Below, piece by piece: positions 36,139 to 45,343 of a stretch of DNA of 64,000 bases (position 1 is the first letter of the stretch; each line of letters begins with the position of its first letter). The stretch is from contig CANOCK010000001.1 of the NCBI GenBank assembly GCA_947564525.1, positions 6,992-70,991 of the forward strand, in the 5' to 3' direction. The notes under the pieces are model-generated. The model saw only the letters and a program-made list of their open reading frames with translations, ran no database searches and was not told where the DNA came from. This DNA is from an uncultured bacterium. GTDB lineage: Bacteria > Actinomycetota > Coriobacteriia > Coriobacteriales > Eggerthellaceae. The position numbers and the translations under genes are program-made.

Positions 36139-37800
36139 ATGGAAGGGTTCGACCTGATCAGCTGCGGCATCTGGTCGATCATCCCCCCGCTTCTGGCCTT
36201 AGGTCTGGCGCTCATCACCAAAGAGGTGTACTCGTCCCTGACCGTAGGCGTGCTCGTGGGCATGATCATCTACCAGTTCACGCTCAACGGGGTGGGGGGT
36301 GAGCAACTCGTCTCGTCGTTCGCGATGGTACCCCAGATGATGGCCGAGCAGATAGCCGGCAACGGAGCGCTGTTGCTCTTCCTTGCGCTGCTGGGCGCCC
36401 TCACGGTGGTCATCGGCGTGAGCGGCGGCGCTCGCGCCTACGCTGACTGGGTGTCCAAGCACATCAAGAACGCCAAGCTCGCCTCGCTGCTCACGGCGGT
36501 GCTGGGCATCATCATCTTCGTCGACGACTACTTCAACTGCCTGACCGTGGGCGCCGTCATGCGCCCGATCACCGACCGCTTCCATGTCAGCCGTGAGAAG
36601 CTGGCCTGGATCATCGACTCCACGGCAGCTCCGGTGTGCATCATCGCGCCGGTGTCGTCGTGGGCCGTGGCCGTGGGTGGCTACTTGGGCGACGACGGCT
36701 TCAACACCTTTGTGGCCTCCATCCCCTACAACTTCTACGCGCTGCTGACCATCTTCTTCGTGTTCTTCATGCTGGTCATGGGGCTTGACTTCGGGGCCAT
36801 GCGCGCCGCCCAGGATGCGGCCGCTGGCAACCCGGTGCCCGCTGAGGACGCCGTGGAGGAGGCGCGCCTGCTCAAGAAGGTGGTGAAGGGCGAGTGCGAC
36901 CCCTCGGCGCTGCCGCCGAAGGTGGCCGAGCGCGCCGACATCGAGGATGCCACCTCCCAGGCGGAGGAGGAGTACAAGAACCTGCCCATCTCCGACAAGG
37001 GCCGGGTGTGGGACCTGATCGTTCCCATCGTGGTGCTCATCGCGTTCTCCATCCTTGGCATGATGTACATGGGCGGCTTCTTCGAGGGCGTCGACTTCGC
37101 CACGGCCGTGGGCGAGAACCCGGTCATGGGCCTGTGCATCGGCGTGTGCGTGGCGCTGGTGCTGGCGGCCGTCATGTTCCTCCCGCGCAAGCTGACCACC
37201 CTGGGCGGCTTCGTGGATGCCATGTCCGAAGGCGTGCGCTCCATGGTGGGCGCCATCATGATCCTGGTGCTGGCCTGGAGCTTGGGCGGCACCTGCCGCT
37301 ACCTGCTGGGCACGGGCGAGTTCGTCTCCGGCTTCCTGAACGGCCTGGGCGTGGGGCTCGACTTCCTGCCGGCCATCATCTTCCTGGTGGCGGCGTTCAT
37401 CGGCTTCGCCATGGGCACCAGCTGGGGCACCGTGGCGCTCATCCTGCCTATCGTCATCGGCGTGTTCGACGCGGCCGACCCGCTGTTCCTGGTGGCCGTG
37501 GGCGCCACGCTGGCCGGCGCGGTCTACGGCGACCACATCTCGCCCATATCGGACACCACGATCCTGAGCTCGGCCGGGGCCAAGTGCAACCACTTGCGCC
37601 ACGTGGCCACCCAGATCCCCTACGCCACGCTGGTCATGGTGGTGTGCTTCGCGGGGTACCTGCTGGCCGGGTTCACCCGCAGCCCCTGGATATCGCTGGC
37701 GGGCGGCGTGGTGCTCATCGCGGTGCTGGCCATCGTGCTGGACAAGGTGAGCGGCCGCAAGGCGAGGGCCGAGGCGGCGACAGAGGAGGCTGCGGTCTAG
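36139..37800 (+). CDS. NhaC-family Na+/H+ antiporter-type transporter
   Basis: It is polytopic. The N-terminus IWSIIPPLLALGLALITKEVYSSL is typical of NhaC. ATG at 36139 follows AAAGAGGAGGA. A central ~70-aa hydrophilic loop (AAGNPVPAEDAVEEARLL...) is present. Confidence 0.85.
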   Translation: MEGFDLISCGIWSIIPPLLALGLALITKEVYSSLTVGVLVGMIIYQFTLNGVGGEQLVSSFAMVPQMMAEQIAGNGALLLFLALLGALTVVIGVSGGARAYADWVSKHIKNAKLASLLTAVLGIIIFVDDYFNCLTVGAVMRPITDRFHVSREKLAWIIDSTAAPVCIIAPVSSWAVAVGGYLGDDGFNTFVASIPYNFYALLTIFFVFFMLVMGLDFGAMRAAQDAAAGNPVPAEDAVEEARLLKKVVKGECDPSALPPKVAERADIEDATSQAEEEYKNLPISDKGRVWDLIVPIVVLIAFSILGMMYMGGFFEGVDFATAVGENPVMGLCIGVCVALVLAAVMFLPRKLTTLGGFVDAMSEGVRSMVGAIMILVLAWSLGGTCRYLLGTGEFVSGFLNGLGVGLDFLPAIIFLVAAFIGFAMGTSWGTVALILPIVIGVFDAADPLFLVAVGATLAGAVYGDHISPISDTTILSSAGAKCNHLRHVATQIPYATLVMVVCFAGYLLAGFTRSPWISLAGGVVLIAVLAIVLDKVSGRKARAEAATEEAAV

Positions 37801-37821
37801 GCCCGAAGGACGCTGCAAGGC

Positions 37822-37882
37822 GCGGTGCAGGCCATGGCCTGCACCGCGGAGGGGCGGCCCGCGCAGGAGCGGGCCGCCCCTC
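37822..37882 (+). terminator. Tandem GC-rich hairpins after the NhaC-family gene
   Basis: The first pairs GCGGTGCAGGCC with GGCCTGCACCGC (37822-37847). The second pairs GAGGGGCGGCCC with GGGCCGCCCCTC (37849-37882) and is followed by TT. Confidence 0.55.
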
Positions 37883-38004
37883 TTGCGCTACGGGCCGTGG
37901 GCCGGCGACGCCGGGGCGGCGCTCGAGCGCCGGCTCCGGGCAGCAGGTGCCGTCAGCAGTCCCGAGCGGCGGCGGATCCCGTCCTCCCCTTATCCTTGAT
38001 TGGC

Positions 38005-38010
38005 TATAAT
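38005..38010 (+). promoter_or_regulatory. Candidate -10 box (TATAAT) for moeA
   Basis: GGCTATAATAGGGGC lies 35 nt upstream of the ATG at 38045. Confidence 0.4.
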
Positions 38011-38044
38011 AGGGGCAATGCCCATCCATTCGAAAGGCTGCCCT

Positions 38045-39298
38045 ATGGCTGACATGATTTCCGTTGAAGAGGCGCGGGAGCTGGTGCTCTCGGCCATGAA
38101 GCCCATGCCCGTGGAGACGGTGCCGCTGCTGGACGCCCTCGGCCGCGTGGCCGCCGAGGACCTGGCGAGCGACATCGACATAGCCCCCTTCGCCCACTCG
38201 GCCATGGACGGCTACGCCCTGCGCGCAGAGGAGATCGCCAACGCCGACGACGCCCCGGTGCAGCTGCGGGTCATCGCCGAGGTGGCCGCGGGCGACGTGT
38301 ACGATGGGCCCATCGCCGAAGGGGAGTGCGTGCGCATCATGACCGGCGCCTGCCTGCCCGAGGCGACGGACTCCGTGGTGAAGTACGAGGTGGTAGCCGT
38401 GGTGGAGGGCGACGGCAAGGTCGGCTCCCTCGTGTCCTTCGACGCCCCCACGGCCCGCGGCTCCAACGTGCGCCCAGCTGGCGACGAGGCGAAGGCCGGC
38501 GAGGTGGTCGTGCGGGCCGGCGAGGTCATCGGCGCGGCGGGCGTCGGCTTCCTGGCGGGCTGCGGCGTGACCGAGGTGCCCACCTACCAGCGCCCACGGG
38601 TGGCCATCATCGCCACGGGCAGCGAGCTGGTGGGGGCCGACGAGGTGCCCGCCCGCGGCAAGATCCGCAACTCCAACAGCTACGCCATGGCCGCCTGCGC
38701 CCGGGAGGCCGGCTGCGTGGCCACCATGCTGCCGGCGGTGCCGGACACCTTCGAGGGGCTGTCCGCCGCGGTGGCCGACGCCGCGCGCAGCTACGACTTC
38801 GTCGTGACCACCGGGGGCGCCGCCAACGGCGACTTCGACTTCATCAAGCAGGTCATCGACGCCCTGGGCGACCTGCGCATGACCACGGTGAACATGCGCC
38901 CCGGCAAGGCCCAGGCCTTCGGGCTGGTGGAGGGCACGCCGGTGTTCGGCCTGCCGGGCAACCCGGCGGCGGCCTACTGCGGCTTCGAGATGCTCATCCG
39001 CCCCATGCTGCGCAAGATGCAGGGCTACAGCTGCTTCGAGCACCCGCACGTCATGGCGGCCATCACCGTCGACCAGCGCAAGCGCGACCCGCGGCGCATC
39101 TTCCTGCGCTCCACCCTCACCCGCAGCGCCGACGGCGGCTACCAGGTCACGCCGGCCAAGAACCAGAGCTCGGGGCTGTTCGGCGTCATCCAGAAGAGCA
39201 ACTGCCTGGCCGTGCTGCCGGATGGCACCGAGGACAAGCACGCGGGCGACCTGGTGGAGTGCATCCTGCTGGACGTGCCGGAGGAAGTGGCGCTGTAG
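38045..39298 (+). CDS. moeA: Molybdopterin molybdenumtransferase
   Basis: MoeA landmarks are DIAPFAHSAMDGYA, TGSELV, IRNSNSY, TTGGAANGDFDF and FGLPGNPAAA. Confidence 0.92.
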   Translation: MADMISVEEARELVLSAMKPMPVETVPLLDALGRVAAEDLASDIDIAPFAHSAMDGYALRAEEIANADDAPVQLRVIAEVAAGDVYDGPIAEGECVRIMTGACLPEATDSVVKYEVVAVVEGDGKVGSLVSFDAPTARGSNVRPAGDEAKAGEVVVRAGEVIGAAGVGFLAGCGVTEVPTYQRPRVAIIATGSELVGADEVPARGKIRNSNSYAMAACAREAGCVATMLPAVPDTFEGLSAAVADAARSYDFVVTTGGAANGDFDFIKQVIDALGDLRMTTVNMRPGKAQAFGLVEGTPVFGLPGNPAAAYCGFEMLIRPMLRKMQGYSCFEHPHVMAAITVDQRKRDPRRIFLRSTLTRSADGGYQVTPAKNQSSGLFGVIQKSNCLAVLPDGTEDKHAGDLVECILLDVPEEVAL

Positions 39299-39325
39299 CG
39301 CCGCTGCGAGCGAAAGGACCATCCC

Positions 39326-39817
39326 ATGACCGACCAAGCACCGCTCAGCTTCGCCATCATCACCTGCTCCGACACGCGCGACCTGCGCCAGGATGCGGCG
39401 GGCGACGCCTTGGAGCGCCTCATCGCCGAGCAGGGCTGGGTGTGCCGCACCCACACCCTCGTGCGCGACGAGCGCCCGAACATCGCAGCGGCCATCAAGC
39501 ACTGCACCGACGACCTGAAGGTGGACATCGTGCTCACCTGCGGTGGCAGCGGCCTGTCGCCCCGCGACGTCACCCCTGAGGCCACCCACGATGTGTGCGA
39601 GCGGGAGGTGCCCGGCATCGCCGAGGCCATGCGCTGGCACAGCCTTCAGATCACCCCCTTCGCCATGCTCTCCCGCGCCGTGTGCATGCAGCGCGGAAGC
39701 TCGCTGGTCATCAACCTTCCCGGCTCCACCAAGGCGGCCACGGAAAACTGGGAGGGCGTGGTTGCCGCGCTTCCCCATGCTGCTAAAATGATGGCAGCAG
39801 GAGGACATGACGACTAG
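39326..39817 (+). CDS. moaB: MoaB/MogA-family molybdenum cofactor biosynthesis protein
   Basis: Motifs FAIITCSDTRD, IVLTCGGSGLSPRDVTPEAT and NLPGSTKA (MoCF_biosynth fold) are present. It lies downstream of moeA. Confidence 0.85.
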   Translation: MTDQAPLSFAIITCSDTRDLRQDAAGDALERLIAEQGWVCRTHTLVRDERPNIAAAIKHCTDDLKVDIVLTCGGSGLSPRDVTPEATHDVCEREVPGIAEAMRWHSLQITPFAMLSRAVCMQRGSSLVINLPGSTKAATENWEGVVAALPHAAKMMAAGGHDD

Positions 39818-41294
39818 CGCATGGACGCTTCGAAGGCGTGGTATGGAAGATCTCCCCAACGGTTTCACCGGATTCTCGCAGCGCAAGCCCGGGTTCGAAT
39901 CGGCCAGCGAGGCCATCCGCAAGGCTGCCATAGAGCAGCGCAACCTGCGGCCTGACGCCGAGTCGGCCTCTCGCGCTGCGCGCAGCGGCTGGCAGGCCGA
40001 GCTGGAGGGATTGCCGCGGCTCGACCAGCTGGGCGGCTTGTGGGGCATGCGCCCGAAGAAGGGCGCGGGCGGCTTCGAGCAGTTCATCAACGACATCGAG
40101 TTCGGCGGCGTGTCCGACAAGCGCTTCGACATCGAGGCCATATCGGGGATTCCCGAGAAGGACCGCCGCTGGGCCTGGGTGGAGGTGGACCGGGCGGCCC
40201 TGCGCTCCAACATGATGACCATCCGCAACCACATCGGGCCAGGGCCCAAGATCATGGCGGTGGTGAAGGCCGACGGCTACGGCCATGGCGCCGTGGAATG
40301 CGCCAAGACCGCCCATAACTCCGGGGCCGACTACCTGGGCGTGGCCACGGTGGACGAGGCCATCGCCCTGCGCGAGGCCCTCATCAACGCGCCGGTGCTC
40401 ATCCTGTCCGAGCCGCCGGTGGAGGCCATCCCGCTGCTGCTGGCCTACAAGGTGATGCCGAGCGTCTACACGGCGGAGTTCGCCATCCGCTATGCCGAGG
40501 CGGCGGACATGATGGGCCAGCGCGCCCCCTTCCACCTGGCGCTCAACACGGGCATGAACCGCATCGGCGTGCGCTACGACGAGGCCGTCACCTTCATGCA
40601 GCACATCGGCTTCCACCGGGCGCTGGACCTCAAGGGCACCTTCACCCACTTCGCCACGGCGGATTCCGCGGACACCCTGGACTTCGAGATGCAGCTGCGC
40701 CGCTTCACCGAGGCGGTGGCCAACCTGAAGGCTGCCGGCATCGACCCGGGGCTGGTCCACGCGGCCAACTCCGCTGCCACCATCCGCTACCCCGAGACAC
40801 ACTTCGACATGGTGCGGGTGGGCATCGCCCTCTACGGCTACCATCCGAGCCCCCTCACGCGACCGCTGATCGACCTGAAGCCGGCCATGACCGTGCACGC
40901 GCGGGTGACCAACGTCAACGCCGTGCCCATGAGCGAGGGGGTCAGCTACGGGCTGCACTACCGCAGCCCCGGCTCGGTGAAGATCTGCACCATCCCCATC
41001 GGCTATGCCGACGGGCTGTGGCGCGGGCTGTCGGGGCGCATCGACTTCCTGGTAGGGGGCGTGCCGTTTCGCCAGGTGGGGTCCATCTGCATGGACCAGT
41101 GCATGTTCGAGGTGAACATGCGCACCGCCGCGAGCCGCAAGTTCCTGACCCCCCAGGTGGGCGACGAGGTGATCGTGGTGGGGGAGCAGGATGGCCTGGC
41201 CATCGCCATGGACGAGCTGGCCGAGCTCATGGGCACCATAACCTACGAGGTGACGGTGCGCTTCGGCGAGCGCCTGCCTCGCATCTACCGGTAA
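39807..41294 (+). CDS. alr: Alanine racemase with a ~120-aa N-terminal extension; start uncertain
   Basis: The core begins WAWVEVDRAALRSNM. The PLP motif is AVVKADGYGHGA, and GYADG is present. The upstream 120 codons keep high third-position G+C. Candidate starts are ATG 39807, 39843 and 40047. An extended -10, TGCTAAAAT, lies at 39781-39789. Confidence 0.85.
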   Translation: MTTSAWTLRRRGMEDLPNGFTGFSQRKPGFESASEAIRKAAIEQRNLRPDAESASRAARSGWQAELEGLPRLDQLGGLWGMRPKKGAGGFEQFINDIEFGGVSDKRFDIEAISGIPEKDRRWAWVEVDRAALRSNMMTIRNHIGPGPKIMAVVKADGYGHGAVECAKTAHNSGADYLGVATVDEAIALREALINAPVLILSEPPVEAIPLLLAYKVMPSVYTAEFAIRYAEAADMMGQRAPFHLALNTGMNRIGVRYDEAVTFMQHIGFHRALDLKGTFTHFATADSADTLDFEMQLRRFTEAVANLKAAGIDPGLVHAANSAATIRYPETHFDMVRVGIALYGYHPSPLTRPLIDLKPAMTVHARVTNVNAVPMSEGVSYGLHYRSPGSVKICTIPIGYADGLWRGLSGRIDFLVGGVPFRQVGSICMDQCMFEVNMRTAASRKFLTPQVGDEVIVVGEQDGLAIAMDELAELMGTITYEVTVRFGERLPRIYR

Positions 41295-41303
41295 GGAGCG
41301 GCC

Positions 41304-41885
41304 ATGACGGCGAAGACCCCCATCCCCCTTGACCAGCTGCGAGAGCAGGTGGGCGCGTGCCATCAGTGCCCCCTGGCCGACGGGCGCACCAACGTGGTGT
41401 TCGGCGAGGGCGATCCTGAGGCGCGGGTGCTCATCGTGGGCGAGGCGCCGGGCAAGAACGAGGACCTGCAGGGGCGTCCCTTCGTCGGCGCGGCGGGCAA
41501 GCTGCTCGACGACCTGCTGGCCGTGGCGGGCCTCGCGCGCGAGGACGTGTTCATCGCCAACGTGCTGAAGTGCCGGCCGCCCGGGAACCGCGACCCGCGT
41601 CCCGAGGAGATCGAGCTGTGCACCCCCTACCTGCGGGAGCAGACGCGCACCATCGATCCTGAGGTGATCGTGACCCTCGGCAACTTCTCCACCAAGTTCA
41701 TCCTGAAGACCGAGGTGGGCATCACCCGCCTCCACGGTCACGTGCAGCAGGCGGGGCGCTTCAAGGTGTTCCCCATCTACCACCCGGCTGCCGCGCTCTA
41801 CGACCCCACCAAGCGCGCCGCCCTCGAGGACGACTTCGCCACCTTGGGCGAGCTGCTGGGCACCCGCCCGCGCCCGGAGGGCTAG
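41304..41885 (+). CDS. Family 4 uracil-DNA glycosylase
   Basis: Motifs CHQCPLADGRTNVVFGEGDPEARVLIVGEAPGKNEDLQGRPFVGAAGKLLD and NVLKCRPP are present. Confidence 0.9.
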   Translation: MTAKTPIPLDQLREQVGACHQCPLADGRTNVVFGEGDPEARVLIVGEAPGKNEDLQGRPFVGAAGKLLDDLLAVAGLAREDVFIANVLKCRPPGNRDPRPEEIELCTPYLREQTRTIDPEVIVTLGNFSTKFILKTEVGITRLHGHVQQAGRFKVFPIYHPAAALYDPTKRAALEDDFATLGELLGTRPRPEG

Positions 41886-42009
41886 GGGAGAGCCCGCTGG
41901 GCGGCCTCCTTCCCAGGACGGCTAGCCGATGGGGAAGCGCGCGATGGACGATGGGCTGGCCTCGATCGGATTAGCTCCTGTCCTGGGGATTCTCTCCTAC
42001 AAGAGAAGT

Positions 42010-42029
42010 GGCCCGCCTGAAGGCGGGCC
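42010..42029. other. Hairpin in the convergent udg/corA intergenic region
   Basis: GGCCCGCC-TGAA-GGCGGGCC, an 8-bp stem. It is followed by CCAAAACAAAAG on the plus strand, so a T-run precedes it on the minus strand. It is not a classical terminator in either direction. Confidence 0.6.
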
Positions 42030-42065
42030 CCAAAACAAAAGCCGTGAGGATCAACCACCCCTCAC

Positions 42066-42098
42066 CGGGCGCCGGCCCCCTCATGGGGTCGGCGCCCG
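42066..42098. other. Strong 14-bp hairpin in the udg/corA intergenic region
   Basis: CGGGCGCCGGCCCC-CTCAT-GGGGTCGGCGCCCG, with one G-U pair. It lies about 190 nt downstream of the corA stop. Confidence 0.6.
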
Positions 42099-42287
42099 AA
42101 CCGCTATGGAGCATGGCATCTTTCCGGGCCGCCTACCCACGCTTCCTTTCCTCCCGCTTGCGAGCCCTTGCGTTGGCGGCGGCGGATTGGGTCGCAAGCC
42201 CAACTGACGGCAGCGGTCGAGGGCCGACTGCCTGGCCGAGCTTGCGATTCGGCTTTGATGGCGCCCTCGCCGGATGCTCGCTCCGCC

Positions 42288-43247
42288 CTACAGCCAGCCC
42301 TTGCGGTGGAAGAACGCCAGCAGGCCGCTGCTGAACGTCACGGCCAGCACGATGAGCAGCGCCCACAGCCACGGCCAGTCCAGCCCGGGCATCACGGCCA
42401 GGTTCATGCCGAACCAGCCGGTCACCAGCGTCAGCGGCGCGAACAGCACCGTCACGATGGTCAGCACCTGCATGACGGAGTTCTGCTTGAGGCTTATGCG
42501 GGTCTGGTGCAGCTCGTGAAGCTGCATGGAGTACTCCTTGAGCGCCTCGGCCCGCGCGGTCAAGCGGTCCGCGAAGCTGGCGATGCGGTCGAAGGAGTGG
42601 GCCTCCCCACGGCTGAGCAGCTTGTTCTCGTCGTCCCCGACGACATCGGCCATGGCCCCGATCTGCTGGTAGTACATGCCCAGCCCGATGGTCTGGCGCC
42701 GGAAGTTCATGATGCGCAGGGTGCTCACGTCCACCTGTCGTGCCAGCATGGCCTCTTCCAGGTCCTCCATGCTCTCTTCGAGCTCCGCCAGGAACACGAA
42801 GTCGTTCATCAGCAGCGTCTTCATGAACAGGTACAGGCAATGGGCCGTGGACAGGCTGCGCATCACGCCGCTGTCAGCCATCTTCTCCAGCAGCTCGGCG
42901 GCGCACTGCCCGTCCTCGATGAACACCAGGTGCTGCTTGTCCAGGTAGAACGAGAACAGCGCGGGCGGCTTGGTGGTGTCATGATGATCGGGCACAGCGA
43001 AGGACCCCACTACGAAGTCGGGGAACACCTCCACCAGGTTGCTCTTGACCGCGGCGAGCACCTCCACGGCCTCGCGCCCTTCAGGGGCGATGAACCCGGC
43101 CTCGCGCCCTTCGGCGGGGGAGAGCACCTCCACCACCGGCGCCAGGGCTCGGGCCGCCTCCTCTTCCTCCACCGGCACGAGGGCCGGCACCGGCTTCTGG
43201 GGAGACTTCGGGGCCTTGCTCGCCCTCAGTTCGTAGCGCAGGGCCAT
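42288..43247 (-). CDS. corA: CorA-family Mg2+/Co2+ transporter
   Basis: The C-terminus carries GWFGMNLAVMP (GMN motif) and two TM segments. ATG at 43245-43247 is preceded by GGAGGGAAGGGGAAGG. Confidence 0.9.
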   Translation of the reverse strand: MALRYELRASKAPKSPQKPVPALVPVEEEEAARALAPVVEVLSPAEGREAGFIAPEGREAVEVLAAVKSNLVEVFPDFVVGSFAVPDHHDTTKPPALFSFYLDKQHLVFIEDGQCAAELLEKMADSGVMRSLSTAHCLYLFMKTLLMNDFVFLAELEESMEDLEEAMLARQVDVSTLRIMNFRRQTIGLGMYYQQIGAMADVVGDDENKLLSRGEAHSFDRIASFADRLTARAEALKEYSMQLHELHQTRISLKQNSVMQVLTIVTVLFAPLTLVTGWFGMNLAVMPGLDWPWLWALLIVLAVTFSSGLLAFFHRKGWL

Positions 43248-43303
43248 GGCCTTCCCCTTCCCTCCGTGGTCTGGCTGCGCGGGCGCTTCCGCCCACTCCC
43301 ATG

Positions 43304-43309
43304 ATTGTA
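43304..43309 (-). promoter_or_regulatory. Candidate -10 box (TACAAT) for corA
   Basis: The minus strand reads CCTACAATCATGGGAG, about 55 nt upstream of the ATG. The hairpin GTCGGC-TCTT-GCCGAC sits just upstream. Confidence 0.35.
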
Positions 43310-43424
43310 GGGTCGGCTCTTGCCGACGATCATGCTCGGCAGCCATCCGTTACCGACGCGACGGCTTGAAAGGCAGGCCGCGCTTCGGGCAGAATGGGCG
43401 GTCGAGGGGAAGGAGGCCCGAAGG

Positions 43425-44765
43425 ATGCCGTTCGATGCCGTCGCCTACATAAACGAGCCGCGCTGGGCCCATTCGTCACTGGGGCTCGAGCGCATGCAGG
43501 CCCTGATGGAGCTGCTGGGAAGCCCCCAGGGCGCCACGCCGGCGGTCCATGTGGCCGGCACCAACGGCAAAGGCTCCACCTGCATGTTCCTGGCCTCCAT
43601 GCTCCAGGTTGCCGGATACCGCACGGGCCTGTTCACCAGCCCTGCCATCATGGAGTTCACCGAGCGCATCCAGGTGGACGGCCGGCCTATCGACGCGGCC
43701 TCCCTGGCCCAGGCCACGCTACCGGTGCGTCAGGCAGCCGAGGCGGTGGCCCGGGAGCGCGGCGAGCATCCCACGGAGTTCGAGCTCATGGCGGCCGTGG
43801 CCTTCGAGCACTTCAAGCGCGTGGGGTGCGACATCGCCGTGATAGAGGTGGGCCTGGGCGGCCGGCTGGACGCCACCAACGTGGTCGCGCCCGCGCTCAG
43901 CGTCATCACCCGCATCGGGCTGGACCATACGGCCCTCCTCGGCGACACCCTGGCCCAGGTCGCCTCTGAGAAGGCGGGCATCATCAAGGCGGGGGTGCCG
44001 GTGGTCGGCTGGCCCCAGGGGCCCGAGGCCCAGGCGGTGATCGAGGCTCGCTGCGCCGAGCTGGGTTGCCCCTTGGCCGTGGCCGACCTCGCCGCGCTCC
44101 GCGTCGGTGCAGTGGAGGCGGACGGCCAGGGCGGGCTCGTGCGGCCCTTCGCCTACCGCGGCCGCCCCTACGCCACGGCCCTCCTCGGCTCCTACCAGCC
44201 GGCCAACGCCGCCGTGGCCCTGGAGGCGGCGGAGGCCCTGGGCCGGCAGGGCTGGGCCATCCCGCCTGCGGCGCGCCAGCAGGGCATCGCCGCCGCCCGT
44301 TGGCCGGGGCGCTTCGAGGTGCTGCCGACGCCGCCGGGCGGCCCGACCTTCGTCGTCGACGGCGGCCACAACGCCCAGGGGGCGGCGGCCCTGGCCGACT
44401 CCCTCGCCGACGTGCTCGCCGGGGGAGACGCCGCCGACCTCTCCGGTGCGGTCGCCTTCGTCGTAGGGGCCATGGAGGACAAGGACTACGCCGCCATGCT
44501 GGCCGCCATAGCGCCCATGGCCAAGAGCCTGGTCGCCTATGCGCCGGACAGCCCTCGGGCTCTGGCGCCCGAGGCCCTGGCCGCCGCTGCCCGCGCGGCC
44601 CTGCCCCCGAGCGTGCCCGTCGAGGCGGCGCCCAGCCCCGCAAAGGCAGTCGCCCTCGCCTGCGACGGGGCAGGCGAGGGCGACCTGGTGGTGGCGTTCG
44701 GCAGCCTCTACGGCGTCGCCGACGTCAAGCGGGCCTGGCAGGCGCGCGTCAGCGCAGGCGGCTAG
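43425..44765 (+). CDS. folC: Folylpolyglutamate synthase / dihydrofolate synthase
   Basis: HVAGTNGKGST, the Mur-ligase middle domain and DGGHNAQGAAAL are present. ATG at 43425 follows GGAAGGAGG. Confidence 0.9.
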   Translation: MPFDAVAYINEPRWAHSSLGLERMQALMELLGSPQGATPAVHVAGTNGKGSTCMFLASMLQVAGYRTGLFTSPAIMEFTERIQVDGRPIDAASLAQATLPVRQAAEAVARERGEHPTEFELMAAVAFEHFKRVGCDIAVIEVGLGGRLDATNVVAPALSVITRIGLDHTALLGDTLAQVASEKAGIIKAGVPVVGWPQGPEAQAVIEARCAELGCPLAVADLAALRVGAVEADGQGGLVRPFAYRGRPYATALLGSYQPANAAVALEAAEALGRQGWAIPPAARQQGIAAARWPGRFEVLPTPPGGPTFVVDGGHNAQGAAALADSLADVLAGGDAADLSGAVAFVVGAMEDKDYAAMLAAIAPMAKSLVAYAPDSPRALAPEALAAAARAALPPSVPVEAAPSPAKAVALACDGAGEGDLVVAFGSLYGVADVKRAWQARVSAGG

Positions 44766-45343
44766 GCCTTCTGCTTCAGCACGCCGTAGCCGCCGTCCTT
44801 GCGGCGGTACATCACGTGCACGTTGTTGGTGTCGCGGTCGGTGTAGACGTAGAAGTCGTGGCCGAGCAGGTCGAGGTCCACCATGGCCTCGTCCGGCGTG
44901 CGGGGCGCGAACTCCACTTCCTTCTCGCGCACCACCTGGTCGTTGGCCAGCTCGTCCATGAGGCGGTCCAGGTCGAGCTCGCCTTCGGGATGGGCATCCT
45001 CGTGGACGTGGTCGACGATGCGCTCCGTGGCGCGGATCCGCTTGTCCAGCACCTTGGTCTTGTACTTGCGCAGCTGGCGCGTCACCGTGGCCGCCGCCAC
45101 GTCGATGGCGGCGTACATGTCCTCTTCGCTCTCCTCGACGCGCACGATGTGGCCCTTCACCTGCACGGTCACCTCGCAGCCTGCGGGCTTGGAGTTCGCG
45201 GGGTTCTTGGCCATGTGCAGCACGACGTCCACGGCGATGGGGTCATGGTCGAGCACCTTGATGGCGTTGCCGATCTTCTCGACCGCATAGTCGCGGATGG
45301 CGTCGGTTACGGGCATCTTGCGACCGGACACGGTGATGTTCAT
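44762..45343 (-). CDS. hpf: Ribosome hibernation promoting factor, long form
   Basis: MNITVSGRKMPVTDAIRDYAVEKI...YAAIDVAAATVTRQLRKYK is present, plus the C-terminal dimerisation domain (FYVYTDRDTNNVHVMYRRKDGGYGVL). GAGGTGA lies upstream of the ATG. Confidence 0.93.
   Translation of the reverse strand: MNITVSGRKMPVTDAIRDYAVEKIGNAIKVLDHDPIAVDVVLHMAKNPANSKPAGCEVTVQVKGHIVRVEESEEDMYAAIDVAAATVTRQLRKYKTKVLDKRIRATERIVDHVHEDAHPEGELDLDRLMDELANDQVVREKEVEFAPRTPDEAMVDLDLLGHDFYVYTDRDTNNVHVMYRRKDGGYGVLKQKA

Noticed and set aside
37883-38044. A possible molybdenum-cofactor riboswitch upstream of moeA.
   Set aside because: The best promoter (TATAAT at 38005) leaves a ~30-nt leader with only a 5-bp hairpin. 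The upstream GC-rich part is occupied by the terminators of the preceding gene.
41929-42334. ORFs of 92 and 108 aa in the udg/corA spacer.
   Set aside because: They are Gly/Pro/Arg-rich, lack an RBS and run through the hairpins. They are more likely non-coding.
43248-43424. A possible Mg2+ (M-box) riboswitch upstream of corA.
   Set aside because: The candidate -10 box at 43304-43309 leaves only a ~55-nt leader. The 177-bp divergent gap is too short for the ~160-nt M-box once the folC and corA promoters are accounted for. I recognised no M-box-like conserved stretches.
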